Assembly (NCBI GenBank): GCA_965287045.1
Contig: OZ336884.1
Location: 45,198,001-45,262,000 of the forward strand
DNA from: Carcharhinus amblyrhynchos
Taxonomy: Eukaryota
DNA: 64,000 bases
Direction: 5' to 3'
In this document: positions 53,125 through 64,000 of the stretch, in pieces
How positions within the stretch are numbered: position 1 is the stretch's first letter
How the letters are laid out: each line of letters opens with the position of its first letter
The notes under the pieces: generated by a model
Database searches by the model: none
The model's input: only the letters and a program-made list of their open reading frames with translations
Told to the model about the DNA's origin: nothing
Translations under genes and position numbers: made by a program

Positions 53125-53350
53125 CTAAGCCCAAACCTCTAGAATTTCTCCTTAGATCTCCCTGCCTCCCTAATTCTTGCCAATTTTAAGACGCTCCTTA
53201 AAATCAGCCTCTTTAATCAAGCTTTATGTCATCTTGCCTTCATAGCACCTTTAATGGTTCAGTGTCGAATTTCTTTTTCAATGCTCCTGTGAAGTGCCTT
53301 GGGATGTTTTATTATGTTAAAGGTGTAATATAAATACAAACTATTGTGTT
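53125..53350 (+). mobile_element. L2-like LINE 3' end
   Basis: cctgtgaagtgccttgggatgttttattatgttaaaggtg..tataaatacaa. Confidence 0.6.
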
Positions 53351-55142
53351 GATGGCGCACAAGTAGGACAGAGTTTATCACAGTATCCAGAGGTAAAGAA
53401 AGGGAAGATTCAGCCTGGTGTTTTACTCTTAACTGATATCCAGTGACTCTCTTAATGAGTGTCAATGGATGCTATGTTTGATCAATTGTGATGTTTTCTA
53501 CTGTTGAATAACTGCTGACATTTGATAATCTGATCACATGTAGTCATCTAGGAGTGGAACAATGCCTCTGGAACTATGAATATAAATGACCACCTCCAGA
53601 AAAAAGATAAATGGGAAAATCATAATCAGCAACCAACAACAATTGATGGAAAATAAAATCTTTGGAAAGTATCAAATGACATTTAATGGCATTAATTGTC
53701 ATTTGGTAAAATCACAACATAATGTGTTTTCCTATTTCTATCTGGAGTGTACAATTTAATATTGCTTTTGTACGTTAGCATCTAATTGGTAAAATGCTGC
53801 TTTAAATTACAAGTTTAAGGCTCCACAAGGAGTGGAGAATAACACTTACATTGGATAGACAAATAAAGAAATAAGAATTTGCTTATGGATAGCAAAACTA
53901 AAGACTCAGATCTGCTCACACTGAGTAAGAGACTGGAGGTCCAGGCTTGATCAAATTTTTAAATTTCAAATTCACAAGTGTTCATTTTCAGCTTAGTCAT
54001 GCAAACAAGATGGTGAAAAGGTTGCAAATGTTATTGCAGGTATGACAGTACTGAAAATGCAAATAGATCCATTATGTCACTTGTGTTATTGTGTAATGTA
54101 TTTGCATGGCATTCAATTTTTACTTGTTCTTCATGTTGTTTTCATAGCCTGGTGACTATCCAAACACATTTTCCTTGAAGACTAATTACTGATGATTTCA
54201 TGTTCATAACTTTCAAAATTTTTGAGTGTCTCTTGTTAACTAATTAAAAGAATTAACATGAACAATATTGTCCTAATTTTATATCCCATTACTTTAAAAT
54301 AATCCAAATATTAAAACTTATGATAATTCAAGAAATACTAACATTACCTGTAACAACTGGATGAACTACCCCAATCATTATTTCCACACACTTTGTGATC
54401 TCTGATTAGTATCCATGGACCACAAAAATGGAATGAGGTCATCTGTCAAATGAATGCGTTGACTGTATCTCATTCTGAGTTTTACTTTGAACAAAAGAGC
54501 AACTATTTTTTCTAAGTTAGAAAATTGCTGGTAAATTTACAAATGAGAGATAATGCATTCTCAAGTGTGACAATGGTTTACCTGGACAACCTTAACATCC
54601 TACTTCCCACCAGACTAAAGTTACACTATAAACACTACAGTGTCATGTGATATGAGGCAGTATTATAACTCCTGTATTCATGCATTTGGGAAATGCATCA
54701 GTGACCTGGTTCTGGAAATAGTTTGACAATTTTGCATGAATGTGCAAAGGGCCGTTTAATTGTGGATCGAGCTCACACTAATTGTTTCTGACAGAACTCT
54801 AAATTCATGATGTTTGCCACATCTCTCAGTTTCTATTAACCACCACCATCCCAACAGAGGGGAGGGAAACTAGGAGCAAATGTATATTAAATAGTTATTA
54901 ATCCAAGCATTTCCTATACGCACACACACAAAATCTAAAATTCACCTTCAAGATGCACAATGCATCTAAAGAACTGGCTACCAATATATGGGCATTATGA
55001 ACTGCTCTAGATGGTTGTCAATCAATTACAAACAACAATTAAATCTCAGGATTCAAGAAGTTTTAAAATGGACTGTGAGATTGAATTACTTACAGGCATC
55101 CATCATTTTGTATATATTACACAATTTTAATAAATAGCTTGT

Positions 55143-56128
55143 TGGGGGGTTTTCAGCTCACATTCACCACCAGAGAATGGTGACACAGACGGAAAACCCA
55201 GAGAGACTCAGAAAATGCAATTCCCTTTGGACAGATCGCATTTGCTCATTTTCCCCACCTTTCACCAGTGATGTCAAGAGCTTTATGCCCATAAAGGACA
55301 GGAATCTCATTTAATTACATGTCCCTCACCACATGATTCCACCCCCTTCACTAAATATTTACAGCTGGTCAGCAAGGTTCACAACAAATTTGGTCAAGTG
55401 AGAAACAGACGAGCAAATCCCTCCGGGGGCAGTGCCAGGAGCGGGCCCCAGTGTGAGCCACATGGAGTTGGGAGGGGGTGGTAATGTAGGGATGTTCAGG
55501 TGGCAGGGGAGGGGGTGGGTTGAAAGAGCAGACAATGGCGGGAGGGAGGGAAGCCTAAGGATTTTGTGCCATATTTAATGGCGGGTCAGGCGTAGTCCAT
55601 GGCAGTTGTATCTTGGTGCCATTTCGGAAACATACCCAACATCACTGAACTATCACTGAAATAAGAAGATAGGCCCCTAAAAATGAAGAGTGATCTGGAG
55701 GAACATTCTCTGCCTGGAAGGTGCCTCCAGGGCACCAAATCTGCATTTTCCATCTTTACATGCACCCCTCTTACTGCTGTGGAGTTCTGGGTTCCAGGGT
55801 TCTGGCAGCCTCCATCCCAAACTCTCGGAGCAGTCCCAGGCATTGTTCAGGTGAATGCTGACATTTGCACACCATGTTATTCCAGACATATTTCACATCA
55901 GCATGTTTTCCCACTAGCACCGTGGAAAACTGGGCATGGATGGTTGGACCTTCATTTGTACTCTATTAGGGGGATGAAAATTGGTTTCATGTCAGCTTCC
56001 TGCTGATTTCTCAATCTGGTATGGTGGGCACCAGTGGAAGATCCTGCGGGAAATTCATGTTGGCATTAACCCGATTCTTGGGCCTCCTGCCGAATGCTCC
56101 CGGGTCTCCATGGTAGTCAGAATTCTAC
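55143..56128. mobile_element. Decayed Harbinger-type non-autonomous element
   Basis: G-rich core and subterminal motifs (aaaactgg, cccgattc) like the other MITEs. The TIRs are eroded. Confidence 0.4.
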
Positions 56129-56129
56129 A

Positions 56130-58085
56130 AATGGCTGCAGGATGACATGGATTGGTACCTGAATATTAAAAAGTATAGGACATTTAGGAAGGACAGCAAG
56201 TAGAGAAAGGTGAATGGGGTGATTCTGTTAATTAATTGTTGCATTAGTGCAATAGAGATGGATGACCGAAGTTCAGTAAACAAGGATATAGCTTGGGTAG
56301 AGATGCAAATGATAAAGGCAAGAAGTCACTTGTAGGAATGCAATGCAGACTCCCTAATAGTAACCACATTGTAGGAAGGGGTATGAAAGAAGAAATAATT
56401 GGAGCTTGTCAGAAAGGTGCAGCAAATGTCAAAATTTTAAACAACATAATGACTGGAAATATAAGATGGACAAAAGTACCTCAGATGTAGATTTCATAGA
56501 ATGTTATCAGGAGAATTGGCGGAATTATCCCATGCCCTCCTGTTGGGGTCAATGACGAGTAGGGGGACAATTTGGTAGGGGGTCCGAAAATCAGTTTCAT
56601 AACAATGTGATTTTTCACAGGACCTTCCACTGGTGCCCAACGTGGCAGATCAGGAAACCCACTGATAGCTAACATGAACCTGATTTGCAGATGAAGGCCT
56701 GGCAAGAATCTTGCTCCACACCCAATTCTCTGCAATGCCAGGGAGAAAACATGCCAGTCTGGAACAACATAGTATGAAAAAGTTGGGACTTATCTGAGGA
56801 ATGCCTGAAGTTGCCTCTGAAGTTCAGAATGGAGACTGCCAGTGGCCCAGATACATGGGGTAACATGATGGCACAGGTAGAAAATTGGTTAAGAGGAAAC
56901 CGAGAATAAGCATAAATGGGTCATGTTCTGGTAGGCAAGATGCAACACAAGGAGTGGTATAGGGAGCAGTGGAGGTGATTCAGTATTTTACAATTTATAG
57001 AAATCATTTGGATGAAAGGACAGGAGGTACAGTTGCTAAATGATACAAGGATGGTTGGGAAAATAACCTGAAAAGTGGGCATAAGGAAGCTACAAAGAGG
57101 TATAAATAGCTTTAGTGAGAGGGAAAATATCTGACAAATAGAATATTCGCTGGAAGTCTACCACCTTGCCCGTAATGGAATTGGAGTGGGCGAGGGTCTG
57201 GCAACGGAAATCTCTGTTGATCTCAGGCAGGAGTTTCTGGTCTCGCCTGAGTAAAGCCATAAAATCCTGCCCATTATGTGGGAAAATGTAAACCTGTCTA
57301 TTTTAACAGAAAGAATAAAAACGGAGCATACGATCCAAATGGTAAGAGACTGCAAAGTACTGAGATTCAGGGGGATTTGGGTATCCCAGTGCATGAATCA
57401 CAAAAGGTTATTATGCAAGTACAGCAAATAATAGAATAATAATAGAAATAATAGAAAACTAATAGAATGTTATAATTAATTTGAGGAGAACTGAATACAA
57501 AAGTAGGGAGTTATGCTTCAGTAGTACAGGGCATTAGTGAGACCACAGCTCGTGTATTATGTACCCCGTATTGTCTTCCTAGTCAAGGATGTTAATGTAT
57601 TGGAAGCAGTTCAGAAAAGGTTTATTAGATTAATACCTGTAATGAGCCGGTTGGTCTTATGAGGAAAGGTTGGACAGGATAGGTTTGTATCTGTTGGAGT
57701 TTAGAAGACCAAAAGGTGACTTAATTGAAACTTATCAGATCTTGAGGTATCTTGACAGACTGCATGTGGAAAGGATATTTTCTCTTGTTTGAGAATCTAG
57801 GACTATGGGTCACTGTTTCAAAATAAGCATTTAGGACAGAGTTGAGGAGAATTTCTTTCTTTCAGAAGGTGATGGAGTCTCTGGAACTCTCTCAAGAGAC
57901 AATGAAAACAGCACTTTTGAACATTTTTCAGACAGACTAGATAGATTCTTGAGAAGCAAGGGGGCGAAAGATGTTGCTGTTAGTGGGAATGTCGACCTGA
58001 GATTGCAATCAGATCAGCTATGATCTTACTGAATGGTGGAGCAGGGTCATGGGGCGCAGTAGCTTACTCCACCGTTCTTTGTTTT
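56130..58085 (+). mobile_element. Old CR1 LINE (endonuclease to 3' end) with nested MITE pieces
   Basis: Endonuclease-like start, RT region, EYKSRE, LEAVQKRFIRLIP and DLIETYQIL, then the 3' UTR. Inserts at about 56515-56850 and 57148-57272. Confidence 0.8.
57148..57272. mobile_element. 125-bp mini-MITE with ATT TSD
   Basis: ATT on both sides (57145-57147, 57273-57275). It interrupts the CR1 sequence gaatat/atgtgggaaaatg and ends in aaaatcctgccc. Confidence 0.65.
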
Positions 58086-59824
58086 CTTTGGCCTGACTCG
58101 ATAATTTAACAAATTTTACTTAAAAAAACATCCCATCCAATTGCTTATGAAGATCTTTTCATTGTTAGTTTGTTTACTCCCTCTTTTCATGTTTCCAAAT
58201 GGATTGCAACTCTAAAACTGACAGATTTGACAGATAACTTGAACCAAATGTATCCTAATGTTACTCATGAGCTTGCCACTAGGTGAGATATTGGGACAGC
58301 TGCCATTGAAATTATCTTCACACACTGTGGACAAATGTTCTGATTTCACAGGAAGTTACTGCTTGTGGCATTGCATGTAGAATCATTCATACCAACTGTT
58401 CTATGAACAGCATGAGATGCAGTGCTTTGATAGGCTCACTCTAGCAAACAAATATTTCTGACTGCTTTAAAACTGAGAAATATTTGCTATTGTATGTACT
58501 AACTTGCAAATTGTAAACATATATAATAAATATCTAATTGAACTTTGCAGATATCCCTGCATCAAAAATATTAACCTATTTTGATACTCAGCCTTCAAGA
58601 CATTTAATAGTTACAGACTTCCAATAACAATGAAAATAAGGCCATTATGTTTTTAGTACTACCAAGCACAAGGAAATTAGCTCAGTTTAAAGTCATTGCA
58701 GTATTGGATCTTCAGTACAGGTGAGAACTGAATGCAAAACTGACTTAGTGATGAACAATGAATAATGCAGTCACTGGCCTATGGTATCAGTGTCTACCAC
58801 CAACCAGGGTCCAAGCTGTCAGCATGGACAGAGGATCATGAGTCATGACACAGTTCCACCAGAGCAGGACACAAGCTGTACAATGCCATAGCTTCTTACA
58901 AATCACACTCTAAGTCAAATCAAAGCTGTAAAGAGAAATCATCTCTTTGGAGCACAATATGTTTAGGAATAATGAATAATTAAATCCAGTTATCAATGTT
59001 ATTTTTCCTCATCTGAATTTTGGGGATTTTCTTTTGCAATATTCTCCAGTCTTTATCATCACATGGTCACATCAGTTGAGCTTTTGTTTGAAATCTTTGT
59101 CATTTATTAAAGTCAGACTGGCTTACAAAAACTTAAATGGAATCTGAACAGGCACTACACAAATCCATTAGCACAGTTTTTTTAGCATCCTCATTCACAG
59201 CCTTAAATTTCCACATTGTTGCATAATTATATTTTTCTCACTTTAAACCTTTATTCTATTCAACCAGGACTTCTATTTCATACTGGGGTTGGCAGGGGAA
59301 GGATGAGGGTGTTGGGTGGGGGTGGAGGGGGAAGAGGGAAATTTCTTGCTGTTGCTGTATTCTATGACAACACTTAAAACTTCACGTCTAAATCTGTCAC
59401 ACATATAAAAATTTATATTATTGCTATAGAGTTCAGAGATATGAAATATACAAGAATCATCTTTCTGAGGAAGCTGAATGTATGCCATTTGTTGCATGAT
59501 TCAGAACACTGCTTTACATGAACTTCGGACCTGGGCAAAGCTCGCAATCATTTCAATGATAACCTTAAAATGTCTTTGTGAAACAATATGCATATCCATC
59601 TGCCCAAACTAGATTATACCCCAAGGTGAAAATAGCAGAGCTGTATCCTATTATGTGGCCTGGTGCCCTAGTTTCAACTGATTAATTGAGCTAAGATAAA
59701 TTGCTACCCTGCTCATATTATATCTCTCATTTTGAATTAACTGTGTTACCTAATATGATATTTTTGTTGTTAGATTACTTTTACTGACATGTTGGTTGTA
59801 ACAATGTGATGAATATATTGATGA

Positions 59825-60190
59825 GATGGTGGCACAATGGAAACATCACCAGACGTGAAATCTAGAGGCCCAGGCTGAAGCTCTGGTGGTTCAAATCCCT
59901 CCATGGCAGTTGGTGGAAGTAAATTACAGTTAATTAAAAAGTCTGGACTTGAAAATTAGTGTCAGTAAATATAACCATGAAATCAAACCATTGATTGGCA
60001 TAAAAACTCATGTTGTTTGCTAGTGTCCTTTTGTGAATGAAATCTGCTGTCCTTACCTGGTCCACGTGTGACTCCAAACTTATAGCATTATGATTGGCTC
60101 TTAAATACTCAAGGGCAATTATGGGTGGGCAACAAATGCTAACTGACTTTCTTTACCAGTGACACCCACACTCTATGAACAACAAAAAAA
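59825..60190 (+). mobile_element. Deu-domain (SacSINE1-like) SINE, near full length
   Basis: tRNA-like head (ggttcaaatccc), core gaaatctgctgtccttacctggtc..gtgactcca, and a LINE-shared tail gggcaatt..aaatgct..cccaca with an A-run. Confidence 0.7.
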
Positions 60191-61678
60191 AAGAATGCAA
60201 CCAGAAGACAATTTTCGTGACAGGAGTGTCAAGACCGGATGAATTTTTAATGTGAAATATTTGTTCTTGAATCAGCTGCACACATCTGGCATTTTGCTGG
60301 TGGTGGGGTAGGATATCAGAGAAAAAGATTGGCGGTATCTTTCAGTGGCACATTCCTGATGTTGGTGCTTCAATTGGGCACAGCGTGTCTGACAATGAGG
60401 GATCTTTCCCAGAAGGCTGGCTTTTGGGAGGCACAGGAACGTTGTCCAACTCCCATTTAATCTCTGAGCCACAACTAAATTGTGGTGGCTTCAGGGTTGA
60501 GTGGTGTCAATTGACTCATCAATGAATCTAATTGACATCCAGCCATGAGCAGGTGAGTTTACTGCACAGGCCCCTTCCTGACTCCAGCTCAATCCTGGGA
60601 GATTTTCTTCCACCAGGAGACTGACATGCAGGTTCCTTGAGATTAAGCGTGCTCAATTGCCAGGTTTCTGGCCGCAGAGGAGTGGATTAAATTGTACCCA
60701 TGTCTCCAGTTGAATGTAAGGAGTCATTTTCCACACAATGATTTGAGAAAAAAAAGGAACATTTTAAGAGGATTACTGCCAATGATGGCAACATATCTGA
60801 AAAATACTTGTGTCTCTAAATGGGGATTGGAGGTCACTATTCCTTCAATTCTAAAATAAGCCAAACTTGAAAAGAAATGTTAGTTTCATACAATTTAGGA
60901 GATAGTGGTGCTATGAACCTTAGCTGAGGAGCTAATTTTGTTATCAATCATAGTCATACAGCTGACTAATAAGTAGAACACACTTCAGAATAAATTTCAG
61001 CTATGAATTGGAAACTGCAAGCTGGAACTTTATCAAATTAATATTTTACAGTGTGAACAAAATTTGGGTCACTGTTGTAACTGAGTATGTTAATACTAAT
61101 TAGACAGGACAATATTCAATGTAACACTATATTTTTTCTCCATTAATGTTGAAAGGAGAAATTATACACCATTCATTAAAACTAACAATAAAGTATCAAA
61201 GTAATTAATTACATTCATTAAGATAATATATTTGCAACTCATATGTTTGTCAATCATTATATTGTTTACTCAGTTACTGGAGTAGGAATCAAATGTAATC
61301 AGGCATTAAAATTTATGCTTAGTGTGTTAATTGGTATATTAATCATTGTCAGATATTGTCTATTGTATTTGATTCTGTCAGCTTTTTACATGGTGGGTAC
61401 CTATATGAATTGTAGAAGTCTGTACATCAAGTAAAGTGCCATGCAGCCAATCCTTAGCATCATTCCTTTACAACAGGTGGGGAGACATTGGGTTACAGTT
61501 ATGTTCAGAAGCTAAAAATCAATATTCATGAGCATCTTTTCTCTTGTAGAGGGTCTTTCTGTAAAATTATTTTTACTGTGGCAAATTTTTGCACATACAT
61601 TAAGAAACCACTTCTCCTTCTGGAAGATCTTGATGCAGCATAGTCTACCGTTACTGCGAAAAGAGATGTTTCAGTTCC

Positions 61679-62253
61679 TCTGATGCTCGATGGTTTCCTT
61701 GTGTGCTGATGATTACCACCATCAAAAGAATGTTCTACAGAATTCACAGCCACACCATGGGCATGTGGCCAGCTGTTTATTTTGGCCTTGTATTAATGAT
61801 AAGCCCGATGGGTTTGTCAATATGACTAGCACCAGCAACAATGCCAACAACAGCTCTACTAGCTGAGGAAACAATTTTCTTACAATCTGATGGAAACTTG
61901 ACACATCTTTTGGTGTCATGATTGTGGGAGATGACTATGGCATTATTACCAGTGGCATGTAAAAGACTCCCATGGTCACTTGGCTTTTCCTCCAGGCAAC
62001 ACACAATGGTACCTTCTGGCATAGTACCCAAAGGGAGGGCATTTCTAATGTTTAATTGAGCCTTCTTGTCATAGTAAATATACTGACCAATGTGGATACC
62101 CTCCAGTCTAATGAACAACTCAGTCCTTCCTTTGAACCTGTAAGGATCACAGAATAACACCTTTGCTAAAGAAGTACCACAACCCAGGTCATGAACTTTA
62201 TCCTTGACAATACCCTTGATATAGCCATGACATTCAGCAAAGTCCACAGCTCT
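61679..62253 (-). pseudogene. RPL8: Processed pseudogene of 60S ribosomal protein L8 (uL2)
   Basis: [53 protein letters not shown], then a frameshift and [26 protein letters not shown]. It is intronless and lacks about 29 N-terminal codons. Confidence 0.93.
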
Positions 62254-63275
62254 CGATGCGTATACAAGTGAAATTAGGCCCAACTTTATCCAATTCATAT
62301 CGAAGAGGAGCCCAATCCACAAATCTGTCCTAAACTGGGTGGAGACTCTAACAGCTTCATCTGTACATGTGGCAAACATACTTGCATTGGGTTGAAATTG
62401 TATTAAAGTCCTGAGTAAGAAGACATCATCACTGAGCCCATCAGATTACTAACGAACAGGTGACTGTCTTTCAGAATGGGGACATAATTTAACTTCAACA
62501 TTGTCCCTGAGGTTTCAAGTAACATAGCAGCTGGAATTCTCCTGTCTTGTACGCCCTATCAACACTGCCAGTGAGAACACAGAATTTGGCACTTGGCTAA
62601 ATCTCCATTTACTGCAGCGGGACTGGAGAATCCCAACTGTAGGTGAGGTCAGAGAATTCTGGTCAACATCTCAGTAACCATATTTGTATATTTCCTGGAT
62701 TATCATGGGCAATAGCAGTGATTCAATATCAAGCACAATTTTTCAATGAAGGCTTAAAGGCAAAGAAGACTTTTTTTGAAACATTCTAAACAACATACAG
62801 AGTAAAAAAAAAGAAATGAGAGAAATCAACAGTCTGTCCACATCTGTAAAAAGAAAAAAGTATTACTTGTGTTGATGATCTACCCTTGGAATGCTCTGCA
62901 TTTCCGGCTTTTTTTTCCACATTTCAGGTTTCCAGCATGTGTTAATTTTGTTGTTCAAAGATCACAGAGAATAGCTCTTGCAAACATTATTTTTCATGGA
63001 GCATAATGAGCAAAATTGTCTCCAAAATTGAAAAAGTCCAATTTCAGGCAGGGAGAGTGATGTTAAGCATACTGACAGCAATGGCAGCATTTTTTACCGT
63101 ATTGCATGGCATTTGCAGGGAAAAAAATTGAAGGCATGGGTTTTCACGCTGTATTGCTGGCAGATGGCCTCTGATTTGCCCATATCACTATCAACTCAGT
63201 ACTTCAATGATCCAGACACCATATTTAAAGCCACCCTGCAAACAGCCAGCACACATCAGAAGGCACTGGGAACCA

Positions 63276-63900
63276 ATGGCTGCCAAGCCCAGGAAGCATT
63301 CGGCACCCAAGTTTAGCAATACCTCCCTCGGGCATATGCTAGATGCAATGGAGGTTCACTGTGATGTACTTTACCCAAGCTCATGGTGAAAAGCTGCAAG
63401 CAAGGGCACTAATTCAGCATGGGAGGAGGCGGTATCGGTGATTGGCAATAGTGCCCTGCAGAAGAAGAATGCTATCCAGTGCTACAAGTGGATGAATGGT
63501 CTCCTTTGTTCCATCAGGGTAAGTCATTCTTCTCTCTTCTCAACACTTACAACTCTCACTTTCACCGACCCCTCCCATATCTACAGAGATCTCACTCAAT
63601 GCGGCACACGGGACTCCCACTCTTACTGTCATCTCCCCTGCCGGTCATGTCCTCATCGTCTCAATGGTCCCACCTACCATCCACACATGCCAAATATCTT
63701 CATCATCTGCTCTGATATGCATCCTGCTTACATTCTCTCCATCTGTCTTCACTCAGGCCAAGCTGGCTCATAACATGAGGGAGACATCCTCGACTGTGCA
63801 GAGATGTCAGAACTCAAGGTCCTCATAGACTGAGGAGGGATCCATTTACTGGCTTCTGAGGATGTGGACCATTCCTGTGCTGATGGTGAGGCGGTCCTTG
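63276..63900 (+). pseudogene. Harbinger accessory Myb/SANT-like DNA-binding gene remnant with two exons
   Basis: Exon 63276-63518 reads MAAKPRKHSAPKFSNTSLGHMLDAM..LYP..*..AWEEA..QCYKWMNGLL and ends at AGG/GTAAGT. After acceptor ctcag at 63756 it reads AKLAHNMRE, then frameshifts. A TIR-like start lies at about 63008. Confidence 0.75.
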
Positions 63901-64000
63901 CTGAACCAAGTGAGAATCCAGCAATGCAAAATCCATCAGACAATGATGCCTTGTTTCTCAGGCCTCTGCCATGCACTCATGATTCCTCCATTTTTTTCAC

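Noticed and set aside
61777-62379. 200-aa ORF as a functional RPL8 gene
   Set aside because: The first 42 residues or so are unrelated flank. Conserved residues are mutated, and a frameshift and stop remove the C-terminus.

Overview
This is repeat-dominated vertebrate genomic DNA, most likely from a shark or ray. That call is an inference from the repeat content: HE1-type V-SINEs, SacSINE1/Deu-type SINEs, HER1/CR1, L2 and RTE LINEs, Harbinger elements and Penelope-derived hairpins. I found no convincing host exon, so the window looks like a large intron or a gene desert. The only host-gene-derived sequence is a decayed, intronless RPL8 retrocopy (about 61.7-62.25 kb, minus strand). The most striking structure is a young insertion of about 290 bp at 2781-3068. 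It has a 15-bp target-site duplication (TSD) and a near-perfect hairpin with 117-bp arms, each carrying an intact minimal hammerhead-ribozyme motif, one per strand. Older hairpin insertions with their own TSDs and decayed hammerheads lie at 22.75 kb and 30.44 kb. The window also holds remnants of both Harbinger genes (DDE transposase and Myb/SANT), several Harbinger-type MITEs, a Gypsy LTR with gag remnant, many nested insertions, two CTCF-like motifs and some CpG-retaining unique segments. Repeat family names come from motif recognition, not database searches, and the boundaries of old repeats are approximate.
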